Both the position numbers and the translations under genes were made by a program. A stretch of DNA of 62,949 nt. Origin: an uncultured Ignavibacteriales bacterium (GTDB lineage: Bacteria > Bacteroidota > Ignavibacteria > T3Sed10-11). Below are positions 29,118 to 39,332 of this stretch, in pieces (the stretch's first letter is position 1; the number at the start of each line of letters is the position of its first letter). The stretch spans positions 1 through 62,949 of the forward strand of contig CAZBUK010000013.1 of assembly GCA_964495085.1 (NCBI GenBank), in the 5' to 3' direction. The notes beneath the pieces are model-generated. The model was not told the DNA's origin, did not search any database, and saw only the letters and a list, made by a program, of their open reading frames with translations.

Positions 29118-30479
29118 TCATAAGTTGAGACTATATACCTCGGGTTTTACTGCCGTCTTCGGAATGAGAGCCGGCCAATAGGCTATGACCTCGTTCGGCT
29201 TCGGCCTTCCTCCCGCAAATCCGGTGACACCGGGTGGACCTGTCAATATGAGCGGCGCGATTTCCTTTCCGAATCTCTCCACGGAAACAAAATCATGCGA
29301 CCTTACCCCAACCCGGAAAACCACTTCGTTAATTTGATCCGGAATTTCTACGATATGACCGTGGCAGGAATTCAGACCCGCATACTCCGTTCTGATCTCT
29401 TCGAACGAGAGCCCGATTTTCTGCAGACGCTTGCGGAGTATGGAATCCGCTGCGACCGCTTTTTCATAGGCATCGGGACCTGCATACGTCAGCGTGCCGA
29501 TCGCGGTATAGCCGTCGGCATAAGACATCGATACCTTATAGAAATCGGTAAAGGGCTTTCCGCGAATGCCCGCAACCTTCACCCGGTTTTCTCCGTCCTC
29601 CGACAATTGTATTGTCGTGAAGTCCGCGATAACGTCGGGAGTGATATACGAACTCGGGTCTCCGATCTCGTACAGCAACTGTTCTTTAACCGTCTGCAGC
29701 GAAACCAATCCGCCTGTCCCCGAATGCTTTGTTATAACGAAGGTCCCGTCCGGATAGGCTTCGGTTATCGGGAAGCCGATATCATGCAGATCGGGTACGC
29801 TTTTCCAGTCGGCCGAAAAATTCCCGCCGGTCGCCTGGCCGCCGCATTCCATGATGTGGCCCGCGACCGTTCCCGCCGCAAGTTTATTCCAGTCGTGCGC
29901 ATGCCAGCCGAACTCGTATATCATAGGAGCCAGCGTCAATCCTGTATCGGTCGTCCTTCCGGTAATCACGATATCCGCGCCTAGCCTGAGAGCGTCGACG
30001 ATCGGAGCTGCGCCGAAGTAGACATTTGCGCTCGTAATACGTCCTGCGACGGCCGATAAATCCTCGTTCGATTCCATGTTCCGGAACTCGATCCCCTTCG
30101 TGCGCAGCTCGCCGAGCCGATCGGATATATCGTCGCCGACGACGACGCCTACTTTCAGTTCCCGCACACCCGCTTCCCTTGCCGTATTGATGATGGCCTC
30201 TGCACAGGAATGCGGATTTACTCCGCCGCCGTTTGTGATTATCCGGATCTTTTTCCCGACGCACTCGGGAAGTATTTCCGTCAGCAGCGGGATCAGATCT
30301 TTCGCATAACCGAGCGAGGGGTCGCGGCGTTTCTGCTTCTGCAGAATCGACATCGTCACTTCGGCGAGATAGTCCATAACGAGGTAATCGATCGGTCCCC
30401 GCATTACCTGATCGCGCGGTGCGGAGAGCAGGTCTCCCCAGAAACCCTGGCCGCTGGCAATTCGAATGGACTCTCTCAT
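29118..30479 (-). CDS. Acyclic terpene utilization AtuA family protein (DUF1446)
   Basis: GFWGD, DYLAEVTM, ANVYFGA, AGHIMECGGQATGGNF, EQLLYEI. Confidence 0.9.
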   Translation of the reverse strand: MRESIRIASGQGFWGDLLSAPRDQVMRGPIDYLVMDYLAEVTMSILQKQKRRDPSLGYAKDLIPLLTEILPECVGKKIRIITNGGGVNPHSCAEAIINTAREAGVRELKVGVVVGDDISDRLGELRTKGIEFRNMESNEDLSAVAGRITSANVYFGAAPIVDALRLGADIVITGRTTDTGLTLAPMIYEFGWHAHDWNKLAAGTVAGHIMECGGQATGGNFSADWKSVPDLHDIGFPITEAYPDGTFVITKHSGTGGLVSLQTVKEQLLYEIGDPSSYITPDVIADFTTIQLSEDGENRVKVAGIRGKPFTDFYKVSMSYADGYTAIGTLTYAGPDAYEKAVAADSILRKRLQKIGLSFEEIRTEYAGLNSCHGHIVEIPDQINEVVFRVGVRSHDFVSVERFGKEIAPLILTGPPGVTGFAGGRPKPNEVIAYWPALIPKTAVKPEVYSLNL

Positions 30480-30505
30480 TTTTTTTCTGCTCCGGGATTC
30501 GCGAT

Positions 30506-32284
30506 CTAAACAGAGCGTACGCGGATATGCAGTTCTCGTAACTGATCATCCGATATATCGGAAGGGCTTCCGTCCATGAGCGAAAGTCCGCTGCTGGTTT
30601 TCGGAAAAGCAATGACATCACGAATAGATTTTTGTCCGGTAAACAGCATCGCCATCCGGTCGAATCCGAAAGCGATACCTCCATGCGGAGGTGCGCCGTA
30701 ACGGAACGCATTCATGAGGAATCCGAATTTTTCCTCTGCCTCTCCGGTCGATATCCCGAGTTTTTCGAAAACGAGCTTCTGAAGATCAGAGTTGTGTATT
30801 CTAATGCTGCCGCCGGCTATTTCATTACCGTTCATGACGAGATCGTACGCGCGCGCCCGAACTCCCTCCTGCGACACCCTGAGCTTTTCCGTGTCCTCGG
30901 GATGGGGGGAAGTAAAAGGATGATGCATCGCATAGTAGCGTTTATCGTCCGCGTTCCACTCGAACAACGGAAACTGGGTGACCCAATGAAGATCGATCTT
31001 GTTCTTATCGATGAGATTCAACCGCCTGCCGAATTCCAGCCGGAGATCTCCAAGTACCGAATAGCAGTTTTTCCACGTATCGGCTATGACGAGGATCAGA
31101 TCTCCGGACTTTGCCCGGACGAGCGACGCGATGCCCCCGAGTTCATCTTGGGTTAGAAATTTCTGAACCGGACTTTCAAATCCTTCATCCAGCACTTTGA
31201 TATAGACCAGTCCTTTCGCCCCGAGAGATTTCGAAAGATCGACCAGGTTATCGAGCTGATTTCTCGTATATGCAGCCGCGCCGGGAATCGCGAAGCCCGC
31301 GACCGCTCCGCCCTGAGCGAGCGTGTCCGCGAATACCTTGAAGCCTGAGGTACTCACCGACTTCGATAAATCTGATAGCTCAAGTCCGAACCTGCGCTCC
31401 GGTTTGTCGCTGCCGTACCGTTCCATAGCTTCCGTATACGACAACCTGTCGAACGGCGTGATTATCTCTACCTGCAGAACTTCCTTGAGCAGACGCGCCA
31501 TCAATCCTTCGGCCATGGTAAAGATATCCTGTTCATCGACGAAGGACATTTCGACGTCGATCTGTGTAAATTCCGGCTGGCGGTCCGCACGGAGATCCTC
31601 GTCCCTGAAGCACTTGACGATTTGAAAATACCTGTCGACGCCAGCCACCATCAATAGCTGTTTGTACGTCTGAGGGGATTGCGGAAGCGCATAGAATCTT
31701 CCCCTGTGAATCCTGCTCGGGACGAGAAAATCACGCGCGCCTTCGGGAGTGCTCTTCATCAGTATCGGAGTTTCGATCTCCACGAACTGATGCTCGTCGA
31801 AATACCTCCTGGTAATCTGAGCCATTCTATGACGTACGAGAAGATTATGCAACATCGACGGCCTGCGCAGATCGAGATACCGGTAACGAAGACGTTGATC
31901 CTCGCTGACGTCGGACCGCTCTGCAATCTGGAACGGCGGAGTATCTGCGGGATTCAGCACCTCGAGCTGCTGAACCAGGATATCGATCTCGCCCGTCGGC
32001 AGATTGTGATTTTCCGTCCCCGCCGGACGGTTCTCCACTTTCCCCTTTACCGCTATGACGAACTCGCTCCGTAACGTCTGAGCCTGATCGTAGGTCTCTT
32101 TGTCGTGCTGAGGTGCAAATACCACCTGGGTTACGCCGTACCTGTCACGAAGATCGATAAAGATCACGCCTCCGAGATCGCGGCGTGTATCGACCCAGCC
32201 GTTCAGGACAACCGTCCGCCCTATATGCGATGCACGGAGCTCGCCGCATGTATGTGTTCTGTGCAGAAATACGTTTTTTTCCAC
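30506..32284 (-). CDS. aspS: Aspartate--tRNA ligase
   Basis: RTHTCGEL, FIDLRDRYG, STPEGARDF, LPQSPQ, FRDEDLRADRQPEFTQID, PPHGGIAFGFDR. Confidence 0.97.
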   Translation of the reverse strand: MEKNVFLHRTHTCGELRASHIGRTVVLNGWVDTRRDLGGVIFIDLRDRYGVTQVVFAPQHDKETYDQAQTLRSEFVIAVKGKVENRPAGTENHNLPTGEIDILVQQLEVLNPADTPPFQIAERSDVSEDQRLRYRYLDLRRPSMLHNLLVRHRMAQITRRYFDEHQFVEIETPILMKSTPEGARDFLVPSRIHRGRFYALPQSPQTYKQLLMVAGVDRYFQIVKCFRDEDLRADRQPEFTQIDVEMSFVDEQDIFTMAEGLMARLLKEVLQVEIITPFDRLSYTEAMERYGSDKPERRFGLELSDLSKSVSTSGFKVFADTLAQGGAVAGFAIPGAAAYTRNQLDNLVDLSKSLGAKGLVYIKVLDEGFESPVQKFLTQDELGGIASLVRAKSGDLILVIADTWKNCYSVLGDLRLEFGRRLNLIDKNKIDLHWVTQFPLFEWNADDKRYYAMHHPFTSPHPEDTEKLRVSQEGVRARAYDLVMNGNEIAGGSIRIHNSDLQKLVFEKLGISTGEAEEKFGFLMNAFRYGAPPHGGIAFGFDRMAMLFTGQKSIRDVIAFPKTSSGLSLMDGSPSDISDDQLRELHIRVRSV

Positions 32285-32491
32285 CGTATCTACTTCCGGT
32301 AACTGAAAGGAGTAAGATTGAGTTGTGAAAATCTTATAAGCTCTTAATATACAAAATGTTAAGAGAGGAATGCAAATCGGAGAGCGGGGACTCTTGATTC
32401 TCTTCGTCTGATCAGGCAGGCAGAGAATATTTTTAAAAGGTCACAATCTAATCGTCCAATGATCCCTGGAGACGGTAATATAGAAATGCAA

Positions 32492-33424
32492 TTACTCAGA
32501 AAAAGAATATCCGGTCAATATCGCCATAGATGACGTCACATGATGACTTCCGGTTTTGGAGTAAATTTCGGTAAGCCCTACGCCTCTACGCATCCAAATA
32601 CGTAAAAGATTCGGATCTGTACCCACTCTGACTGAATCGGTTGCGATGTCCGGATTGTAATACCGCAGCAAGGTCGATTTATTAATCGCCGACAGACCGG
32701 TCACGAGGGATCCTTCCCCTCCGGTCAATCGATGATTTTCATGTTCGATCAGGGTTATGACCTGATCCGAAGAAGTCGAATCGAAAAAAATACTGTCTGA
32801 CTGATCGTCGACGTAATATACCCGCCGCTCCCGAGCGCCATTCATAATTTCATGGATCGAATATGCAATGGATCCCTCCGAAGTATCGACGGAGACGATC
32901 TCCCAGGTTAACGTTCCCTCGATTTTTGTATATTGCCAGTATATTGCCGGTCCGCCGTTATAATAATTGTATTCGTATGTCCAGGTATTGCCGAGTGCGA
33001 GAGGAAAGTAATCTTCCGCAGAAAGTATCTCTATGTGAATCTCCGCGTCGTCCGAGATCGTTCGGTTGAAGGAGTAAGTACCGTATGCCGGATGCTCGAT
33101 ATTGAATGTATGTTCCCCCACTGTCAACGAATCGATGATCGCTTTCCCATACTCATCCGTTTGAATTATTATCTCCTTATCTACAACGACAATCGCGTTA
33201 TCGGCACAAATGGCGGTTGAGCCGGCACTGCCGGTAATATGTATCGGAATTTTATACACCCATTTCGTATCGTTGCGTGGATCTGTAATAATATGGTCAC
33301 ATCCGGAGTAGAAACAAAGCACTGCTGCAAGCAGTATCAAGAATCGATAACATTGATTGATAAATTCTTTAATACGATAATTTAAGTAGGGAATGATTCG
33401 GCGGAAAACGGGATTCGCTCTCAT
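32492..33424 (-). CDS. Hypothetical lipoprotein with an N-terminal prealbumin/carboxypeptidase-regulatory-like domain (start uncertain)
   Basis: Lipobox-like YSGC; TDEYGK...GEHTF; DYFPLALGNTWTY motif. Confidence 0.65.
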   Translation of the reverse strand: MRANPVFRRIIPYLNYRIKEFINQCYRFLILLAAVLCFYSGCDHIITDPRNDTKWVYKIPIHITGSAGSTAICADNAIVVVDKEIIIQTDEYGKAIIDSLTVGEHTFNIEHPAYGTYSFNRTISDDAEIHIEILSAEDYFPLALGNTWTYEYNYYNGGPAIYWQYTKIEGTLTWEIVSVDTSEGSIAYSIHEIMNGARERRVYYVDDQSDSIFFDSTSSDQVITLIEHENHRLTGGEGSLVTGLSAINKSTLLRYYNPDIATDSVRVGTDPNLLRIWMRRGVGLTEIYSKTGSHHVTSSMAILTGYSFSE

Positions 33425-33521
33425 GACGACAGACTCGCGGGAAATTCACTCTATTACGGTATTTGCATACCGATGGAAGTTGTACTTCTCCAAGATACCG
33501 CATGCCGTCATAAGATGCAAT

Positions 33522-33548
33522 AAAAAGCCCCGGCATGGCGGGGCTATT
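33522..33548 (-). terminator. Intrinsic terminator after trxA
   Basis: AGCCCCG-CCATGC-CGGGGCT followed by TTTATT. Confidence 0.75.
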
Positions 33549-33574
33549 GAGGATCATTCGATCTTTAATACCGA

Positions 33575-33904
33575 TTATGCCGTTACGACATGTTTTTCGA
33601 TCTTCTCAACCAGGTGCCGTTTGGGGACAGCGCCGATAATCTGATCGATAACCTGGCCTTCTTTAAAGATGAGCAATGTGGGGATGCTTCGAATTCCGTA
33701 TTTCATTGCAGTCTGCGGATTCGAATCGACGTCCAGCTTGGTCACTTTCAATCTCCCTTCATAGTCTTTTGCAAGCTCCGCCACTACCGGTGCGACCATC
33801 TTACATGGACCGCACCATTCGGCCCAGAAATCGACCAATACGGGATGCTCCGACTTCAGTACTTCATGCTCGAAGTTCGAATCTCTAACTTCTACCGGTT
33901 TCAT
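33575..33904 (-). CDS. trxA: Thioredoxin
   Basis: [20 protein letters not shown]. Confidence 0.97.
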   Translation of the reverse strand: MKPVEVRDSNFEHEVLKSEHPVLVDFWAEWCGPCKMVAPVVAELAKDYEGRLKVTKLDVDSNPQTAMKYGIRSIPTLLIFKEGQVIDQIIGAVPKRHLVEKIEKHVVTA

Positions 33905-34051
33905 GTATGCTCCTTTTTGACTGATGTTGATTTGTTATATTTCAGCTATCCGTAATAACGAACCGGGCATTTGTCCGACTTCAGTCGGTACTCAATTCCG
34001 GGGGTTCGAAGAACGCGCTGTAATCGCATTACGCAGCGATATCCCGAGACA

Positions 34052-37000
34052 TCAGTTAACCCGAACGGCATCCGGACCAAGAAGACTGCGTACATCGTCG
34101 ATAAACTGATCTGTCGGATTAACGGTATATCGTCGGCTGAACCAGGTACGGGGGGTGTCTGCGTCTCCTCCTTCAACGATGAATGTGCAGGCACAGTTCC
34201 CCTCATAGTGTTCGAAGATCTCTTTCAGTTTTTTAATCGCCGATTCTCGGACTTTCCCAAGATCGATCGAGATAATAACCGCCTGCGCATAATGTTGATA
34301 CACATCCGTTAGAGGTCTTACGATATTGGGAAGAATTTTAAGCGTATCTTCCGTCGGCTGTGCTCTTCCTTCGACGACAACCAGCGAATCGGGTATCAAT
34401 AGGTGACGGTATTCTTTGTAGGTATCCGAGAACACGATCAACTCTCCCTTCCCCGTAAAATCTTCCATTGTAACGAAAGCCATGGTGTTTCCCTTCCGGT
34501 CGATCTTCGTCTTGACCGCAGTAACGATTCCGCAGATGCGGATCTGAGAATCGTGCTGCACGACCTCTGCCTCACCGAACTTCACCGTCGAGAATGCTTC
34601 TACCTCGCGTTGGTATTTCTTAAGCGGATGTCCGGAGACGTAAAAACCGAGCACGCTCTTCTCGCGGGAGAGTTTCATCCCCTCCGACCATTCTGGAATA
34701 TCCGGTAGAGGCGGATATTGAACCGGCTGCGCTTCGGCCGATTTACCGCCGACATCAAAGAGGCTCGATTGCCCCGCTTCACGGTGTTTCTTTTGGGATT
34801 GACCGTAAATCATCGCTTTATCGGCGGTTTCCAGGAGCTGCGCCCGGTGTCCCTCGGTCGTATCGAAGGCGCCTGCCTGGATCAGACTTTCGAGCGTTTT
34901 CTTATTTACGACGCGCAGATCGATGCGGGTACAGAAGTCGAATATATTCTGAAACTCGCCCCCCTCTGTTCGTACCCGTACGATCTCTTTTACCGCGTTG
35001 GTACCGACTCCCTTTATCGCAGCGAGACCGAACCGGATCCCCTCGCCGGTGACGATAAAATTCCAATCGCTCTGGTTCACATCGGGAGGAAGCACGTTGA
35101 TGCCGAGTTTCCGGCATTCGTCGATAAAGAGCACGATCTTATCGGTATTGTTTATTTCGCTCGTCATCGTCGCCGCCATGAATTCGGCGGAATAGTGAGC
35201 TTTCAGGTATGCCGTTTGGTACGCGAGAACCGAGTAAGCCACGCTGTGCGATTTGTTGAAGCCGTAAGAGGCGAATTTGTCGATGAGTTCGAAGATCTCG
35301 ACAGCCGATTTTTTGGGTATTCCCCGCTCCGTCGCACCGCTTACGAATGTCTTCTTCTGATCCGACATGAGGAGCTTATCCTTCTTACCCATAGCGCGCC
35401 TCATGAGATCTGCGGCGGCGAGCGTATATCCGGCGATCGCGCTTGCGATCTTCATAACCTGTTCCTGATAGACGATGATCCCGTACGTCTCGTTCAGGAT
35501 CGGTTCGAGTTCGGGATGCAGGTATTCGATTTTTTTTCTGCCGTATTTTCTATCGATGAAGTCGTCGATCATGCTCATGGGTCCGGGGCGGTACAGGGCA
35601 TTCATAGCGACGAGATCGTTGATGGTATTCGGCTTGAGCTTTTTGAGGTAATCCTGCATTCCCCGCGATTCAAACTGAAAGACTGCGACGGTAAGAGCTT
35701 TTGAGAATAGTTCAAATGTCTTCTGATCGTCGATCGGGATCTCATCGAGATCGATTCGAACCCCATAACGATCGGCAATCATCTCGAGCGCATTCTCGAT
35801 GACGGTCAACGTACGCAGGCCGAGGAAGTCCATCTTGAGCAGCCCGACATCCTCCAGGTCCTTCATATTATATTGCGTCATGAGTTCCGTCTGCGGAGTT
35901 TTATAGAGCGGAACGTAGTCGCTCACCGGGCCGGGGGCGATCACCACGCCTGCGGCGTGTGTGCTGACGTTGCGGTTCATTCCCTCGAGAACGGTTGAGA
36001 ACCGGATGAGGTCCTGCATTCTCGGGTCATTGCTCGTCTTGACCCACTTGAGTTCCGGTATGGTTTCGAGGGCTTCCTGTATAGGGGTGACTTTTCCCTG
36101 GAACACCGGAATCTGTTTGGTGATGGATTCGACGGTGCTCAGCGGAATGCCGAGCACCCTGCCGACGTCCTTGAGAACCGCACGGGACGAGAGGGTGCCG
36201 AACGTGATGATCTGCGAGACGGATTCCGCGCCGTACTTTTCGCGAACATATTGAATCACCAGCTCACGCTTCTGGTCCGAGAAATCGACGTCGATATCAG
36301 GCATGCTGATGCGGTCCGGATTCAGAAATCTTTCGAAGAGCAGTCCATATGTCAACGGATCGACATTCGTGATCCCGAGAGCGTACGAGACGATGCTGCC
36401 GGCGGCGCTGCCGCGTCCGGGTCCGACGAGAACGTTCATGTTCCTCGCCTGGCGTATGAAATCCGAAACGATCAGAAAATATCCCGAATATCCCATACGC
36501 TTCACTACATCGAGCTCGAGACGTACCCGGTCGCGTATCTCCGGCGTAACCACCTCGTAACGTCTTTCGATTCCTTCGGAGACAAGTTTCTCGAAATATT
36601 CGTCCAGCGTATCGACTTCCGCGTCGGGGGGGATCGGAAAATCCGGCATATGATTTTTTTTGAGATCGAGTTCGACGTTGCATTTCTCGGCCACTTCAAG
36701 CGTCGACTCTATCGCCTCCGGGTAATCCGCAAATACGCGGTGCATCTCCTCGGCGCTCTTGAAATATATCTGATCCGTTCCGTAACGAAGCACGTGGATA
36801 TCCTGGGCATTGGTGCTGTTCGCATCGGGTATCTTCAGCATGACATTATGGGGTATGGCGTGCTCGCGCTCGATATAATGAATGTCGTTCGTGCCGATGA
36901 GCTTGATACCGAGTTCCCGCGCGAGTCTGGGCATACCTTCAAGGACGTTCTTTTCCGGGGCATAATTATGATTCTGAATCTCGAGATAGAAATCATCCCC

Positions 37001-37519
37001 GAATATTTCCTTGTAGATTAAAGCGACTTCACGTGCGGTTTCATAATTACCGTCAACGAGATGAGCCGCGACGATGCCTCCGGCGCAGGCTGACAGACAG
37101 ACGAGTCCTTCGGCGTATTCCCTGAGGAGCGGCACGTCGATCCTGGGTTTATAGTAAAAACCCTCCGTATGTCCGAGCGTACAGAGCTTCATGAGATTCT
37201 TATAGCCTGTATTGTTTTTCGCCAGAAGAACAATATGATGATAGGAACGTTTGTGGGCTCTCCCGTTCCCCCCTTCCTCCTGCCGTTCGGATCTGCTCCC
37301 CTTCGTCAGGATATAGAGCTCGGATCCGAGAATAGGTTTAATTCCCGCTTTCTTCGCCTTCTTATAGAATTCGACGGCGCCGAACATTACTCCATGGTCG
37401 GTCAACGCAAGCGCCGGCATCTCGTATCTCTTCGCAGCTCCGATCAGAGCGTTGATGGTAGCCGCGCCGTCAAGCAGGCTGTAGTGGGAATGATTATGAA
37501 GGTGAATGAACTGAGGCAT
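34052..37519 (-). CDS. dnaE: DNA polymerase III alpha subunit
   Basis: PHP domain HLHNHSHYSLLDG; GPGRGSAAGS, MPDIDVDF, KMDFLGL, YGFNKSH; OB fold. Confidence 0.97.
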   Translation of the reverse strand: MPQFIHLHNHSHYSLLDGAATINALIGAAKRYEMPALALTDHGVMFGAVEFYKKAKKAGIKPILGSELYILTKGSRSERQEEGGNGRAHKRSYHHIVLLAKNNTGYKNLMKLCTLGHTEGFYYKPRIDVPLLREYAEGLVCLSACAGGIVAAHLVDGNYETAREVALIYKEIFGDDFYLEIQNHNYAPEKNVLEGMPRLARELGIKLIGTNDIHYIEREHAIPHNVMLKIPDANSTNAQDIHVLRYGTDQIYFKSAEEMHRVFADYPEAIESTLEVAEKCNVELDLKKNHMPDFPIPPDAEVDTLDEYFEKLVSEGIERRYEVVTPEIRDRVRLELDVVKRMGYSGYFLIVSDFIRQARNMNVLVGPGRGSAAGSIVSYALGITNVDPLTYGLLFERFLNPDRISMPDIDVDFSDQKRELVIQYVREKYGAESVSQIITFGTLSSRAVLKDVGRVLGIPLSTVESITKQIPVFQGKVTPIQEALETIPELKWVKTSNDPRMQDLIRFSTVLEGMNRNVSTHAAGVVIAPGPVSDYVPLYKTPQTELMTQYNMKDLEDVGLLKMDFLGLRTLTVIENALEMIADRYGVRIDLDEIPIDDQKTFELFSKALTVAVFQFESRGMQDYLKKLKPNTINDLVAMNALYRPGPMSMIDDFIDRKYGRKKIEYLHPELEPILNETYGIIVYQEQVMKIASAIAGYTLAAADLMRRAMGKKDKLLMSDQKKTFVSGATERGIPKKSAVEIFELIDKFASYGFNKSHSVAYSVLAYQTAYLKAHYSAEFMAATMTSEINNTDKIVLFIDECRKLGINVLPPDVNQSDWNFIVTGEGIRFGLAAIKGVGTNAVKEIVRVRTEGGEFQNIFDFCTRIDLRVVNKKTLESLIQAGAFDTTEGHRAQLLETADKAMIYGQSQKKHREAGQSSLFDVGGKSAEAQPVQYPPLPDIPEWSEGMKLSREKSVLGFYVSGHPLKKYQREVEAFSTVKFGEAEVVQHDSQIRICGIVTAVKTKIDRKGNTMAFVTMEDFTGKGELIVFSDTYKEYRHLLIPDSLVVVEGRAQPTEDTLKILPNIVRPLTDVYQHYAQAVIISIDLGKVRESAIKKLKEIFEHYEGNCACTFIVEGGDADTPRTWFSRRYTVNPTDQFIDDVRSLLGPDAVRVN

Positions 37520-37537
37520 AATGAATACATCTTCGGT

Positions 37538-39169
37538 TTACAGGGGACAGATAATGTTCCCCAATTTCTCGGTTAATCGTAGATTCTCTGTATAATCAAT
37601 TCTGCAATCGATAACCGCGGGCTTGTGCCGCTGCTTTGCGTCATGCAGCGCCGGGAGAAGTTCCGACGCTTCCTCGATCCGGTAACCGTTCGCTCCGAAA
37701 CTCTCCGCATACTTCACCATGTCGGGATTCCCGATTCGTACGAATGCTTCTCTCTGAAACGTATTCTGCTGCTTCCACCCGATAAGCCCGTATGCATTAT
37801 CGTTCATGATCAGAACGATGATATCGATATCGTATCTGACCGCGGTCTCGAGTTCCTGAGAGTTCATCAGAAAGCCTCCGTCGCCGGTCACCGCGACCAC
37901 GGTCGTATCCGGATAGAGAAGCCGGGCTGCCAGCGCACCGGGTACCGCAATACCCATAGAAGCGAATCCGTTCGAGATGATACAGGTATTCGGTTTCGAA
38001 CACGGATACATCCTTGCGATCCACATTTTGTGGGCTCCGACATCCGAGATGACGATGTCGCTATCCGCCAGAAAGCTCCGCAGATCGCTCAGCACGCGTT
38101 GCGGCTTCATGGGGAATGACCGATCTTCCCGATAGGCATGTATCTCTTCTAAAATAATTTCCCGCAACCTGCTCCCATACTCCTCCTGGAACGTCTGGAC
38201 CCGCTCGCCGAGCTCGCGCAGAGCGATACCAATATCACCAATGATTCCCACGTCGACGATGTATGATGCATCCACTTCGGCTGGCAGGGTATCAATATGG
38301 ATGATCTTCTTATCCCCCCTCGGATTCCATAGTGAAGGCGGGTATTCGACGATATCGTATCCGACCGCCAGAACGACATCCGATCTGTCTATACCGCACG
38401 AAATATAATCGCGCTCCTGCAGCCCGACTGTTTGAAGCGAATGCGTATTTTCGTAGGGGATTACTCCTTTTGCCATAAATGTATTACAGACAGGGATGTT
38501 AAGCTTATCGGCGAACCGTGTCAATTCTCCTGCAGCATCGCCTCTGACCACTCCGTTGCCTGCAAGAACGATCGGAGATGATGCAGAGTTCAGAATCTCA
38601 GCAGCTCTTTTTATCTGATTCTCCGCCGGTTCAGGAATGAACGGCTGTTGAACCCTCAACGGTTCCGAATCTGTTTGGACACGGGCTATGTCCTCGGGGA
38701 AATCGATATGTGTGGCGCCCGGTTTTTCGGTTTGCGCTACTTTGAAAGCCTTCCTGACCACCTCCGGTACTGTGTCCGCAATTCGTACCGGCGAGGTCCA
38801 TTTCGTTATGGGTTTAAAAAGCGAGATGACATCGATTACCTGATGGCTCTCTTTATGCCAACGGTCGAGACCGGCGTTCCCCGTGATCGCAACCAGCGGA
38901 GCACGATCCATATTCGCATCGGCCACACCCGTGATGAGATTGGTCGCGCCGGGACCGAGTGTTGAAAGACAGACACCAGCTCTCCCTGTCAACCGTCCGT
39001 GCACATCCGCCATGAACGCGGCACCCTGCTCATGGCGGGTCGATATGAACCGGATCGAAGAATCGAGCAGCGCATCGAGGAGATCCATGTTCTCTTCGCC
39101 CGGCAAACCGAATATATATTCCACTCCTTCATTTTCCAGGCACTTCGTAAATAATTCGGAAGCTTTCAT
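37538..39169 (-). CDS. ThDP-dependent acetolactate synthase-like enzyme, possibly 2-oxoglutarate decarboxylase
   Basis: CLENEGVEYIFGLPGEEN, RHEQGAAFMAD, DVGAHKMWIAR, GDGGFLMNSQELET, YGLIGWKQ; no ilvN/ilvC nearby. Confidence 0.85.
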   Translation of the reverse strand: MKASELFTKCLENEGVEYIFGLPGEENMDLLDALLDSSIRFISTRHEQGAAFMADVHGRLTGRAGVCLSTLGPGATNLITGVADANMDRAPLVAITGNAGLDRWHKESHQVIDVISLFKPITKWTSPVRIADTVPEVVRKAFKVAQTEKPGATHIDFPEDIARVQTDSEPLRVQQPFIPEPAENQIKRAAEILNSASSPIVLAGNGVVRGDAAGELTRFADKLNIPVCNTFMAKGVIPYENTHSLQTVGLQERDYISCGIDRSDVVLAVGYDIVEYPPSLWNPRGDKKIIHIDTLPAEVDASYIVDVGIIGDIGIALRELGERVQTFQEEYGSRLREIILEEIHAYREDRSFPMKPQRVLSDLRSFLADSDIVISDVGAHKMWIARMYPCSKPNTCIISNGFASMGIAVPGALAARLLYPDTTVVAVTGDGGFLMNSQELETAVRYDIDIIVLIMNDNAYGLIGWKQQNTFQREAFVRIGNPDMVKYAESFGANGYRIEEASELLPALHDAKQRHKPAVIDCRIDYTENLRLTEKLGNIICPL

Positions 39170-39332
39170 CGGTTCACAGTTTTTTTACTCAATGTATGAA
39201 CGGTGAGACGGAGATCGTTTTCTCCGTATCCCCTCGATGGGGGAGTATATTTTCTGCGTCGACCGGCGCGATACCGATGAGCGGCGAGGACGGCCGGAAG
39301 ATGATCGGCGCAGACAACGGAAGCTCGTTTTT

